Assembly (NCBI GenBank): GCA_965222075.1 | Contig: OZ244937.1 | Span: forward strand, 3,712,001 to 3,776,000 | Direction: 5' to 3' | DNA length: 64,000 nt | DNA from: Candidatus Latescibacterota bacterium | GTDB taxonomy: Bacteria; Latescibacterota; UBA2968; GCA-2709665 | The notes under the pieces: generated by a model | The model's database searches: none | What the model saw: only the letters and a program-made list of their open reading frames with translations | Told to the model about the DNA's origin: nothing | Translations under genes and position numbers: made by a program | In this document: piece after piece, positions 22,165-31,966 of the stretch | Layout: each line of letters opens with the position of its first letter | Numbering within the stretch: the first letter of the stretch is position 1

Positions 22165-22977
22165 GTGAACCGCTGCTTTGGTATATTCCGGTTGGGGCTG
22201 TTTGCCTTTGGGGGGGGCGTTTTTGTTTTTTCCTGTGAAACGCTGCCCGAAGTTGCGGATACCTCACTTTCCGGAGAGATTCCGGTTTATACTTACAAAA
22301 CTGTGAATACGTATCCCCATGATCCGGAGGCTTTCACACAGGGGTTGGTTTTTGAAGACGGCGTTTTATATGAGGGGACGGGGCGTCTCGGGCGTTCTAC
22401 GCTGCGTAAGGTGGTGTTGGAGACCGGGGAGATTCTACAACACTACGAGGTGCCCGCCCAGTATTTCGGTGAAGGTATCACCATTTTTGGCAACCGGATT
22501 ATTCAGTTGACCTGGCAATCGAAAATCGGGTTTGTGTACGATAAGGAGAGCTTCGAACGCCTCCGATCGTTCACCTATCCAACAGAGGGCTGGGGCATTA
22601 CGCACGATGGGAATCGGTTGATCATGAGTGACGGCACATCAACGCTGTACTTTTGGGATCCTGAAACCTTTCAGGAAGTCGGCCGGATCGAGGTCCGGGG
22701 CGAGGCCGGGCCCGTGACCCGACTCAACGAACTGGAGTATATTGGAGGGGAAGTTTATGCCAATGTCTGGCAGACGGATCGCATCGTCAGGATTGACCCC
22801 CGGACCGGTCGGGTCGCCGGATGGATTGATCTGGCCGGGCTTTTAGGTCCGGAAGACCGGGACCGGCAGGTTGGCGTGCTCAACGGTATTGCATACGAAA
22901 GAAAAAAAAAGCGGTTGTTTGTGACCGGAAAATTGTGGCCCAGGCTTTTTGAGATCGAACTGGTTTCTCAGCATTAG
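22165..22977 (+). CDS. Glutaminyl-peptide cyclotransferase (type I beta-propeller), possible lipoprotein
   Basis: YPHDPEAFTQGL, EGTG, FGEGIT, EGWGIT, LNELE, LNGIA, TGKLWP. GTG 22165 preferred over 22078. Confidence 0.9.
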   Translation: MNRCFGIFRLGLFAFGGGVFVFSCETLPEVADTSLSGEIPVYTYKTVNTYPHDPEAFTQGLVFEDGVLYEGTGRLGRSTLRKVVLETGEILQHYEVPAQYFGEGITIFGNRIIQLTWQSKIGFVYDKESFERLRSFTYPTEGWGITHDGNRLIMSDGTSTLYFWDPETFQEVGRIEVRGEAGPVTRLNELEYIGGEVYANVWQTDRIVRIDPRTGRVAGWIDLAGLLGPEDRDRQVGVLNGIAYERKKKRLFVTGKLWPRLFEIELVSQH

Positions 22978-22989
22978 AGGAGACGGACC

Positions 22990-23307
22990 TTGTCGAAGAA
23001 GCGCACCGGAGGCGAGGGGTGGACACTTGTGTCCGCCCAGGTAGCAGACCTGTCCGGAGAGGTCGTTTCCCTGCCTCCCCAAGAGCAACGGGCGCGGATT
23101 TCTCTTGAGAAACGGCGGAAGGGCAAGGTGGTTACCCTGGTGGGTAACCTGGTGCTTTCGGAGCCGGATCTGAGGGATCTGGGAAAGTCTCTCAAGGTGA
23201 TGTGCGGCACCGGGGGAACCGTGCGTGACCGCAGGGTTGAACTTCAAGGGGACCGGCGCGGCCAGGTGAGGGCGTGGCTTGTGGAGCATGGGTGGGGAGT
23301 GAGGTAG
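22990..23307 (+). CDS. Translation initiation factor SUI1/YciH
   Basis: RRKGKVVT, LKVMCGTGGTV, ELQGD. Confidence 0.88.
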   Translation: MSKKRTGGEGWTLVSAQVADLSGEVVSLPPQEQRARISLEKRRKGKVVTLVGNLVLSEPDLRDLGKSLKVMCGTGGTVRDRRVELQGDRRGQVRAWLVEHGWGVR

Positions 23308-23325
23308 GCGGGTGCGGTCGGGAGG

Positions 23326-23779
23326 TTAGGCTTTCCAGGCTTCGAGTTCCTGCTCGTGCAGGCAGAGTTTGCCGTTTAAGCGCAGGCCGCCGTGGGAGAT
23401 GTTGATGCTGTAGGTGACACAGTCGGCCGCTTCGACCCAGTGGGGGGTAAGCAGGGCGTTCCAGAGGACATCGCCGGGTTTCATTTCGTAAGAGAGGGTG
23501 TCGGCCCGGGTGATTCCCGGGGGGCGTTTCATTTTGTCGCCGGGGAGCATGCGTTCCTCTTTGAATTCGGGGGTAAGCGCCGTGCCCCTGCACGTCCGGG
23601 CGGTTGTAGGTGTCTGGCTCGTCGCGGGCGATGGTGACGAGTTCAAAGCCCACGTCCGGGACTTCCAGAGCCAACCTGTAGGCCTGGATGAGGTCTGAAA
23701 AGGCGACCCACTGCGGCAGGATGGGGTCGCCTTTTGATTTGGGCATGAGCGATTCTTCTCTGGCCAGGGTCTGGGTCAT
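23326..23779 (-). pseudogene. Fragmented gene ending in a JmjC/cupin-like C-terminus
   Basis: Two overlapping frames; the distal frame has YEMKPGDVLW...TPHWVE...SINIS but lacks an intact N-terminus. Confidence 0.4.
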
Positions 23780-23888
23780 GTCGAACGCGTTCCGGAGTTG
23801 ACGGGGTCTTTGGATTCAATTACATTACACGCTGCTGGATCAAAAGATAAAGATAAGATATAGACAAACCTTGGGAAAGGAAAACGTT

Positions 23889-25562
23889 ATGGCGTTGAAC
23901 AAGTACAGTTCCCGGATTACGCAGGTGAAATCTCAGGGGGCGTCCCAGGCGATGCTGTACGGGACAGGGCTGACCCGGGAGGATATGGCCAAGCCCCAGG
24001 TGGGGATTGCCAGTATGTGGTTTGAGGGCAATACGTGCAATATGCACCTGCTGGATCTGGCCGAGCGGGTGAAGGAGGGGGTGCGCGCTGCGGGGCTGGT
24101 GGGGATGCGGTTCAATACAATTGGGGTGAGCGACGGGATTTCGATGGGAACAGAGGGGATGAGCTACTCCCTGCAGTCGCGGGATCTGATTGCGGATTCG
24201 ATCGAGACGGTGATGGGGGCGCAGTGGTACGACGCTAATATTTCGATTCCGGGATGCGATAAGAATATGCCGGGGTGTATTCTGGCGATGGGCCGGCTGA
24301 ACCGTCCTGCATTGATGATTTACGGGGGGACGATCAAGCCCGGGTTTTACGAGGGACAGAAGCTGGACATTGTTTCGGCGTTCCAGAGCTATGGCGAGTA
24401 CATTGGAGGGACGCTGGACGAGGAGGGACGGCAGTGCGTGGTTCAACATGCCTGCCCCGGCGCGGGGGCCTGTGGGGGGATGTATACGGCCAATACGATG
24501 GCCTCGGCGATCGAGGCGATGGGGATGTCGCTGCCCTACAGTTCGTCGACGCCGGCGGTTGACCCCCGGAAGTTAGAGGAGTGTTTTGAGGCGGGCGCCG
24601 CGATTCGCAATTTGCTGGAGATGGATCTGAAGCCCCGGGATATTATGACGCGAGAGGCGTTTGAGAATGCGATGGTAGTTGTCATGGCCCTGGGCGGATC
24701 GACGAATGCGGTGCTGCACCTGATCGCGATTGCGAAGTCGGTGGGCGTGGCGCTGACGATCGACGATTTTATGGGGGTGAGCAACCGGGTGCCATACTTG
24801 GCCGACTTGAAACCGAGCGGGCAGTATGTGATGGAGGACCTGCACAAGGTGGGGGGCACGGCGGCGGTGATGAAGTACCTGCTGGAGAACGGGTTTTTGA
24901 ACGGGGACTGTGTGACGGTAACGGGGAAGACGGTTGCGGAGAACCTGGCGGACGTGCCCGGACTTGCGGCGGAACAGGACGTGATTTATTCACTCGATCG
25001 GCCGATTAAGGCAACGGGCCACATCGAGATTTTGAAGGGGAACTTAGCGCCGGAGGGGGCCGTGGGGAAGATTACGGGCAAGCAGGGGATGCGGTTTGTG
25101 GGGCCGGCCAGGGTGTTCGATTCGGAGGAGGAGGCGCTGGAGGCGCTGGAGCGGAAGGAGATCGCGGACAGGGACGTGATTGTGATTCGGTACGAGGGCC
25201 CCAGGGGCGGGCCGGGGATGCCGGAGATGCTGACGATTACGGCAGCGACGGCGGGCGCGGGGCTGGTGCAGACGGTGGCGCTGATCACAGACGGGCGGTT
25301 CTCCGGCGGGTCCCACGGGTTTCTGGTGGGGCATATCACGCCGGAGGCGCAGGAAGGGGGGCCGATCGCCCTGCTCCGGGATGGAGACGTGATTACGATC
25401 GATGCGGAGACGAACGCGCTGTCGGTGGATCTGAGCGACGAGGAACTGGAAAGCCGGCGGGCAGGGTGGACACCGCCGCCGTATAAGGTGACGCAGGGGA
25501 CGCTGTACAAATATATCAAGACGGTGAAATCGGCTTCGGAGGGGTGTGTGACGGATGCATGA
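23889..25562 (+). CDS. ilvD: Dihydroxy-acid dehydratase
   Basis: [47 protein letters not shown]. Confidence 0.97.
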   Translation: MALNKYSSRITQVKSQGASQAMLYGTGLTREDMAKPQVGIASMWFEGNTCNMHLLDLAERVKEGVRAAGLVGMRFNTIGVSDGISMGTEGMSYSLQSRDLIADSIETVMGAQWYDANISIPGCDKNMPGCILAMGRLNRPALMIYGGTIKPGFYEGQKLDIVSAFQSYGEYIGGTLDEEGRQCVVQHACPGAGACGGMYTANTMASAIEAMGMSLPYSSSTPAVDPRKLEECFEAGAAIRNLLEMDLKPRDIMTREAFENAMVVVMALGGSTNAVLHLIAIAKSVGVALTIDDFMGVSNRVPYLADLKPSGQYVMEDLHKVGGTAAVMKYLLENGFLNGDCVTVTGKTVAENLADVPGLAAEQDVIYSLDRPIKATGHIEILKGNLAPEGAVGKITGKQGMRFVGPARVFDSEEEALEALERKEIADRDVIVIRYEGPRGGPGMPEMLTITAATAGAGLVQTVALITDGRFSGGSHGFLVGHITPEAQEGGPIALLRDGDVITIDAETNALSVDLSDEELESRRAGWTPPPYKVTQGTLYKYIKTVKSASEGCVTDA

Positions 25563-25602
25563 GGCGCACAAGACAAGGGTCAGCGGCTCCCACTTTCTTG
25601 CC

Positions 25603-26400
25603 TTACGGGGATCGGTTTCTCGGTCCCCTTTTTTTTGGGCTGGAGATTGGGTGTACTGAAAGGGGTTCTTTCTGTTGCCATTTTTTAAGTTCGATTTTTC
25701 CGTTTTCAAGAACGGCGTAGACGTCTGCGGAGATCCAGTCGCCCAGGACGACCAGGGCGCCGCCGTTCAGCATTTTCAGGAGGGAGCGGTGGTAGTGGCC
25801 GCAAAGGACGATGTCGACCCCTTCGGCGATCTTTGCCTTTGCAGCGGAGAGGCAGATGTCTCGGCTGGAGACGGAACGGCTGAGGGTGAAGTATGCAGAG
25901 ATGCGGGAGACGACGCAGGCGAGGAGGGCGCCAACGTCGGGGTGAAGCAGCCGGAAGAGCGCGATGCAGACTTTGTTTTTGAGGACCGCCCGGCTGATTC
26001 GGAACTTCCAGTCGGTCTGGAATTCGTCGCCGTGGGCGATGTAGAGGACCAGGCCCTGATGGGTGACGGTGATGGGTCCGCCGGGGAGTTTGAGGCCGAC
26101 CTGTTCGGCGAGGTAGGGCCCAAGCCAGATGTCGTGGTTGCCGGGGAGGCAGACGACGCGCACCCCGGCCTGTACGAGCGCGTAGAGTTCAAAGAGGACA
26201 CGCGCGCCCAGAGTGGGGACCACGGTGCGGTACTCGAACCAGAATTCGAAGAGGTCTCCGACGATGTAGAGGACTTCCGCATCGTCCCGGATGGCGCGGA
26301 GAAAGGCAGTGAGCGCCCCTTCCTGCTCAGACCCCGACCGGGGGGCGTCCCGGACGCCGAGGTGGACATCGCCGATGAAGTAGATTCGTTTTCGGGACAC
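25603..26400 (-). CDS. lpxH: UDP-2,3-diacylglucosamine hydrolase-like metallophosphoesterase
   Basis: GDVHLG, GDLFEFW, GNHD, HGD, GHYH, LGDW. Confidence 0.8.
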   Translation of the reverse strand: MSRKRIYFIGDVHLGVRDAPRSGSEQEGALTAFLRAIRDDAEVLYIVGDLFEFWFEYRTVVPTLGARVLFELYALVQAGVRVVCLPGNHDIWLGPYLAEQVGLKLPGGPITVTHQGLVLYIAHGDEFQTDWKFRISRAVLKNKVCIALFRLLHPDVGALLACVVSRISAYFTLSRSVSSRDICLSAAKAKIAEGVDIVLCGHYHRSLLKMLNGGALVVLGDWISADVYAVLENGKIELKKWQQKEPLSVHPISSPKKRGPRNRSP

Positions 26401-26423
26401 GTCATGTTGATCGGGTTAGGGGA

Positions 26424-28586
26424 TTATGGATTTGCCCGCAGCCATTTTCTTACAGCAGCGGCCTGCGGATGATTTGGGTTCAATTCGAGGACCTTTCTGA
26501 AAAGTGTCTTTGTTTTCTCGGTCTGGCCCAGTCTGCGATACGCAGTTCCCATATTCACGTAGGCGTGGACATCGTCGGGTTTGATGGCAAGAACCTTCTG
26601 GTAATACTGGATGGCTTTTTTATACTGTCCCAGCTTGTTGTATGCACTGCCCGTATTCAAATAGGCATCCACAAAGTGGGGGTCCAGAGCGCTGGCCCTC
26701 CGGAAGTAGTGAACGGCTTTTTCAACCTGTTCTGAATTGTAGTATATAACACCCATATTGTAATAGGCCCTGGCGTGATCGGGTTTCAGGTCGATGGCCT
26801 TCTGGTAGTAGTGTAGGGCTGTTTCGTCCTGGTCCAAACGGTAATAGGTATTGCCCATATTGTAATAAACATCGGCAAAGTCCGGATACAGGTCAATGGC
26901 CTTCCGGTAGTAGTGTAGGGCTGTTTCTTGCTGGCCCAGATCGCTATACGCATTGCCCATGTTGGAATAGGCCTCGGCGTGGTCGGGTTTCAGGTCAATG
27001 GCCTTCTGGTAGTAGTGTAGGGCTGTTTCGACCTGTCCTGATTTGTGATACATCATTCCAACGGAACTCCAGTGTCGCGGGTTTTTCGGGTTTGCCGCAA
27101 GGGCCTGCCTGTATGCGTTGTCCGCCCGCCCGGTTTGGTTTTGCACCCGGTAGTAGCTGCCGAGGGTTTCCCAGCCGTAGGATCTGGCATGGGCTGAGAG
27201 ATGGGTCCGCTCCAGGAGGTCGGCAAAACGGGCTTCGGCGGAGGCTTCCCTCGCATTCAGCCCGATCCACAGCAGGCTGTGCAGGGCTGCTGCTGTGCAG
27301 ACGAGGAGGCCTGTACGGATGAGGTGAGACCGGTTTTTCGTTTGACCGATCAGGGCCAGGGCCGCCCAGAGGGTGAGCGGCAGCCCCGGATAGGCAAAGG
27401 CATCCCAGTCGCGGAACGCGCCGATCTCCGGATTGGCAACCAGGGTGAAGAGCACGGGAAAGAGGGCCGCAGTGAAGAGAAAAGTGCGAGCCGGATCGTG
27501 GGTTGATCCGCCTCTTTGGAGCAGACACAGCACGATGAGGGCCGAGGGGGCAACAAGGAGATAGTGGTTGAAGAGGTCCAGCAGGTGGGCAGGTGAGAAG
27601 ATGCGGTAGTGGTACATCCCATCCGGTTGTGCCAGGAAGGGCAGGAGGTGCGTGCCCTTTGTGGTTTTTAAATAGGTCAAGGGATGGAAGCCGATGAGGG
27701 TGAAAATCAGCAGGACCAGGAGGGGGGCCGCAGCGAGCGAGGCGATGGCCTTGACCGTGGGCGATCCGGGAGGTTGAGGATCGCGGCTGGCGCTGACGTG
27801 CAGGATGGCCAGGACGATCAGGGAGGGCGCAAAGGCCACCAGGGTGAGGTGGAGCGAGACGAGGATGCCCAGCAGGAGGGCGGGCAGATAGAGGGGGCGC
27901 TGTCGTCTGAGGACCTGGACACCGGCGGTGAGGTAGAGGAGGACCGCAGGCAGGAGGATAGCGTAGGTTTCCACGTATCCGAAGAAGAGCTGGACGAAGC
28001 CCGGGGTGAGCAGGAAGCCCAGGATGAGGGTGCGCTCCGGGGGGGTGCGTCCAAGGGTGCGCGCAGCGGGCAGGGTAAGCAGGAGGTAGAGGCCTCCGGA
28101 GAGATAGCTGTAGATACGATAGGTAGACTCAGTGGTGTTCCAGATGGAACTCCCGAGCCGGTGAAATATTCCGATTCCCCAGTAGGTAAACGGGGCGTTG
28201 ACGCCTTTCCAGGTGTCCTGGGAGAGGAACAGGGGGAGGTCGCGCAGGAGGAGATAGCCGTCTCCCAGGAGGTGGACGGCCGACCGAAGGCCGAGGAAGG
28301 CGAGGCCACCTGCGACGAGGAGCAGGAGTGCAAAGCGATAAAACGATCCGGAGGATTCCCAGGGGTTGATGGCCGGGGGAAACTTTGTAAGCCCGTTGAC
28401 CACGCCCTGCTGAACCGCAGGGATCAAGAGCAGGACGCTTAAGATGACGAAAAGGCCCTGCACCCACATCGGGTAGAAGGCCAGCAGGTCCCCACCCCAT
28501 ACACAGAAGGGGCGCCAGTAGGCCGGCAGGAGGTGCAGGGCGAGGAAGGCGGCGACGACGATTTGGGATTTCGGATTTACACTCAA
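26424..28586 (-). CDS. Multi-pass membrane protein with C-terminal TPR array
   Basis: Many hydrophobic helices followed by 34-aa repeats (ETALHYYQKAIDLKPDHA). Confidence 0.85.
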   Translation of the reverse strand: MSVNPKSQIVVAAFLALHLLPAYWRPFCVWGGDLLAFYPMWVQGLFVILSVLLLIPAVQQGVVNGLTKFPPAINPWESSGSFYRFALLLLVAGGLAFLGLRSAVHLLGDGYLLLRDLPLFLSQDTWKGVNAPFTYWGIGIFHRLGSSIWNTTESTYRIYSYLSGGLYLLLTLPAARTLGRTPPERTLILGFLLTPGFVQLFFGYVETYAILLPAVLLYLTAGVQVLRRQRPLYLPALLLGILVSLHLTLVAFAPSLIVLAILHVSASRDPQPPGSPTVKAIASLAAAPLLVLLIFTLIGFHPLTYLKTTKGTHLLPFLAQPDGMYHYRIFSPAHLLDLFNHYLLVAPSALIVLCLLQRGGSTHDPARTFLFTAALFPVLFTLVANPEIGAFRDWDAFAYPGLPLTLWAALALIGQTKNRSHLIRTGLLVCTAAALHSLLWIGLNAREASAEARFADLLERTHLSAHARSYGWETLGSYYRVQNQTGRADNAYRQALAANPKNPRHWSSVGMMYHKSGQVETALHYYQKAIDLKPDHAEAYSNMGNAYSDLGQQETALHYYRKAIDLYPDFADVYYNMGNTYYRLDQDETALHYYQKAIDLKPDHARAYYNMGVIYYNSEQVEKAVHYFRRASALDPHFVDAYLNTGSAYNKLGQYKKAIQYYQKVLAIKPDDVHAYVNMGTAYRRLGQTEKTKTLFRKVLELNPNHPQAAAVRKWLRANP

Positions 28587-28614
28587 GGGTCAGGTTCCGG
28601 ATTCGGGGTAGCGG

Positions 28615-31600
28615 TCATTTTGTTTCCAGTTCGAGCTGGAGTTCATCCCAGAAGCGGGAGGGGAGCATGTCCCGGCCGGGGCGGTGGCGGACGCAGGTGA
28701 GGGTGAGCCGGTCCATGGCGCGGGTGATGCCGACATAGAGGAGCCGACGCTGTTCTTCCAGTTCCTTTCGACCGCCGCTTTTGACGGCCCGGGCATTGGG
28801 CAGAATGCGGTCTTCGAGGCCGCAGATGTAGACCTCCCGGAATTCGAGGCCTTTGGCGGCGTGGAGGGTGAGGAGGGTGACGGCGTCGCGTGATGGGGCG
28901 TCATCACCGGGGTGGTAGAGGTCGGCAAAGTCGAGGAAGTTCCGGATGGCTTCCCTCAGAGAGGAGGCACCGGCGCTGGATGCAGCAGCCTGGTCGCGAA
29001 AGCGCTGCACCCCGTCGGGGGCGTGCGCGGCCAGGGCCTCGGGCCGGGGCGCATCCTGCAGCCACATGCGGGTCTGAGCCCTGAGCCGGTCGGCGTCGAG
29101 GCGGGGAAAGCGCCGCGCGAGTTCTCGGATGAGGGTGTTGGCCGGTCCGAGGAGGCGCTGGGCGCCGAGTTTGAAGTGGACGTTGTCTTCGGGTGCGAAG
29201 CGGTTCTCCCGGGTATACGCCTCCTGAAAGAGCATGCCAAGGGCGACCCGGTCGAGAAGGCGTTCGTGGGCCATACGCCGGTACCGGGACGTGCGCTCCT
29301 GCTTGAGGCTTTCGAAGGCGCGGTGGAGGTAGCGGGCGTCGTCTAAGGCGCGGTGGCGATGCCCGTCCATTTTGATGCCGTAGCGCTCACAGAGGGCGTC
29401 GATGTTGTGGCGCACCTGAGGGGAGTAGCTGCGGGCCATGGGGAGGGTGTCGAGGGTGGGGTTGGGCAGGCGGGGACAGCCGGAACGGCGGACCTGGCGG
29501 TTGAGAACCTGGAAATCGAAGGCATAGCCGTTGTGCGCGATGAGGACATCAGCACCGACGAAGGCCTGGAATTCGGGATAGATTTCCCCAAAGCGGGGCG
29601 CACCGGCGACCTTTGCGGCAGAGATGCCGTGGATGTGCTGCGCCCCCGGAGCGATCCGCCCGCTGGGGCGGACCAGGGTGTGGAAGCGGTCGACCTCCCG
29701 GCCCCCGCGCACCCGCACAGCGCCGATTTCGACGATCTCGGCCCCGTCTACGTCGAGATCCGTGGTTTCGATGTCGAAGGCGGTGTAGTCGGGCAGGTGG
29801 TCGCCCAGGCCCGCACAGGTGAGGGCCTGGCAGAGTTTGAGAGCGGCGAGGGGAGGTCCGATTTCGGCCTGCCGGACGATGCCCCCAACATGGACGAAAG
29901 ACCCGGATGAGGCGGGCGGTTCCGGATCAAAGAAGAGGACGAGGGCGTCCGACTTGAGGACAAGCCGGCTTCCGGGGGGGGCCTCGCAGACGGTCAGCCT
30001 TGAACGCGCGAGGGCGCCCTGGAGGATTTGGGTGAGGATGTGGCGGAGGATTTCGTCGCGACAGGCGACATAGATCCGTCCGCCGTTTTTGTAGAGGGGG
30101 AGAAGGCTGTCTACGGCATCGGCAAATCCGGGCAGGTTGAGGGGGTCCTCAATCCTGTCCAGGTGGTTCTTGAGCGAGGGCAGGGCCGAGGTGTTGAGCT
30201 GGTCGAGGATGTCGTCAACAAGGTCGGGCAGGGAGACGCCGGCCCGCTTCTGCGCGGCATTGGCGACCACGCCGGCGAGCCCGAGGGCGCGTTCGACTTC
30301 GAGGCCTTCACCCTCGGAGGCCTCTTTGGGATATTGAAAGGCGGCCTGTTTGAAGCTGCCCAGGTTGTCCCGCTTCTGCAGCGCCCGAACCGCGGGGTAG
30401 AGGGCCGGGTCGGCCGCGTCGAGTTCCCGGCGGAGGAAGTGTTCGAGGCTGGCGTCGTCACCGCCGTCCAGGGCGTAGCGGAGGACGGAAAGGGCGCGGT
30501 GGAGGATGGGCTGGTCAAAGAGGCCCCGCGTTTGCGCCATCTGGCAGGGGATGCCGTCGTCCATGAAGATTTTTTCGAGTTCGGCGCCCAGGGCGTGCTG
30601 GGGATAAAGAACGGCGATCTGGCGGTAGGCGAGGGCGGGGGTTTCGGCGATGCGGCGAGCGATGTCGGCCACGATGAACCGGCCTTCGTCCCAAAAGGTG
30701 TCGAAGGCGACGCCGCGCACGAGGGCGCCCTGTTTCCGGGCGTGGAGATCCCGTTCGTAGAGGATCTCGTTGTTGGCGATGAGGTCGCGGGCGAGGCGGA
30801 CGATCTCTTCGGAGGAGCGGTAATTTTCTTCCAGTACGATCGGGTTGGCACAGCCGATGAAGTCCTCCCTGAAGCGCCGGATATTTCCCGGATCGGCGTT
30901 TCGCCAGCCGTAGATGGACTGTTCGTCGTCGGCCACGATGAAGAGGCTGCGGTGGGAGCGGGCGAGCATGCGCACGATCTCATACTGTTCGCGGTCGGTG
31001 TCCTGGAATTCGTCCACCAGGATATGCCGGAAGCGATCCCGGTAGGCCTTCAGGATGTCATCGCGGCGCCCCAAGAGGTCATGCGCGATGCTGATGAGGT
31101 CGTCGAAGTCGACCAGGCGGTTGCTGCGCAGTTCGGCTTCGTAGGCCTGGAGGAGCCTGCGGTCTCCCGAGGAGAGGGGACGGTCGGGGTCGTAGCGGCA
31201 CTGCCGCTTGAGGCGAGACAGGTTGTGGAGGACGTTGGTAAGGTTGGTTTCTTCCGGGTTCAGGCCCGGCACGGCGCGGTAGAGGAGGGTGCGCTGGAGG
31301 TCGGCGGCGGCGACGCTGAAGTGGGGGGAGAGGCCGGCGGTTTCGCAGTGTTCGCGCAGGACGCCCATGCAGAAGCGGTGGAAGGTGCCGGCCGTGATTT
31401 CGGTGGCGCGGTTCTCACCCAGGGAACGGCGGAGCCGGGCGGCCATTTCTCCGGCGGCCTTGTTGGTGAAGGTGAGGGCGAGGATGTGCTGCGGGGCCAC
31501 GTCGAGGTCGTCGACAAGGTGGCGAATCCGTTCGGTGAGCACGCGGGTCTTCCCGGTGCCGGGCCCGGCCAGGATGAGGAGGGGGCCAACCCGCGCGGTA

Positions 31601-31668
31601 ACGGCCTCCTTCTGGGCCGGGTTGAGGGCAAGGGTGTCGGGGACGGTGTGGCGGAGGTCTGGGGTCAT
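28615..31668 (-). CDS. UvrD/PcrA-family helicase with inserted DEDDh (DnaQ-like) exonuclease domain
   Basis: AGPGTGKT, TFTNKAA, VDEFQD, NYRS; then FDIETT, HNGYAFD, HRALDDA; then TLHAAKGLEF, RLLYVGITRA. Confidence 0.9.
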   Translation of the reverse strand: MTPDLRHTVPDTLALNPAQKEAVTARVGPLLILAGPGTGKTRVLTERIRHLVDDLDVAPQHILALTFTNKAAGEMAARLRRSLGENRATEITAGTFHRFCMGVLREHCETAGLSPHFSVAAADLQRTLLYRAVPGLNPEETNLTNVLHNLSRLKRQCRYDPDRPLSSGDRRLLQAYEAELRSNRLVDFDDLISIAHDLLGRRDDILKAYRDRFRHILVDEFQDTDREQYEIVRMLARSHRSLFIVADDEQSIYGWRNADPGNIRRFREDFIGCANPIVLEENYRSSEEIVRLARDLIANNEILYERDLHARKQGALVRGVAFDTFWDEGRFIVADIARRIAETPALAYRQIAVLYPQHALGAELEKIFMDDGIPCQMAQTRGLFDQPILHRALSVLRYALDGGDDASLEHFLRRELDAADPALYPAVRALQKRDNLGSFKQAAFQYPKEASEGEGLEVERALGLAGVVANAAQKRAGVSLPDLVDDILDQLNTSALPSLKNHLDRIEDPLNLPGFADAVDSLLPLYKNGGRIYVACRDEILRHILTQILQGALARSRLTVCEAPPGSRLVLKSDALVLFFDPEPPASSGSFVHVGGIVRQAEIGPPLAALKLCQALTCAGLGDHLPDYTAFDIETTDLDVDGAEIVEIGAVRVRGGREVDRFHTLVRPSGRIAPGAQHIHGISAAKVAGAPRFGEIYPEFQAFVGADVLIAHNGYAFDFQVLNRQVRRSGCPRLPNPTLDTLPMARSYSPQVRHNIDALCERYGIKMDGHRHRALDDARYLHRAFESLKQERTSRYRRMAHERLLDRVALGMLFQEAYTRENRFAPEDNVHFKLGAQRLLGPANTLIRELARRFPRLDADRLRAQTRMWLQDAPRPEALAAHAPDGVQRFRDQAAASSAGASSLREAIRNFLDFADLYHPGDDAPSRDAVTLLTLHAAKGLEFREVYICGLEDRILPNARAVKSGGRKELEEQRRLLYVGITRAMDRLTLTCVRHRPGRDMLPSRFWDELQLELETK

Positions 31669-31966
31669 GGGGGTATTCAATTTTGAAAAATCGAAATCAC
31701 GTCTCCCGTCCTCCACGCCCGCGGGCGTAACAGGGGAATGTCTCAAAGAAGCGCTGCAAGTCCGCGGAGCGGGTCCGGGAGACCGGGCAAAACTGTATAA
31801 TAATACAATTCCAATCAGGGCGCTCGTTTTTTACCGGGACATCGGCGTTCGCCCGGCACACCACTGTTTGAAAATGGTTTGATATATACACTTCCTTTAT
31901 TATGTTGGACAGCCAGGACCACACGCCAGGCGTTCACACAAAGATCCATTTCAAGGGTGTACGAAG

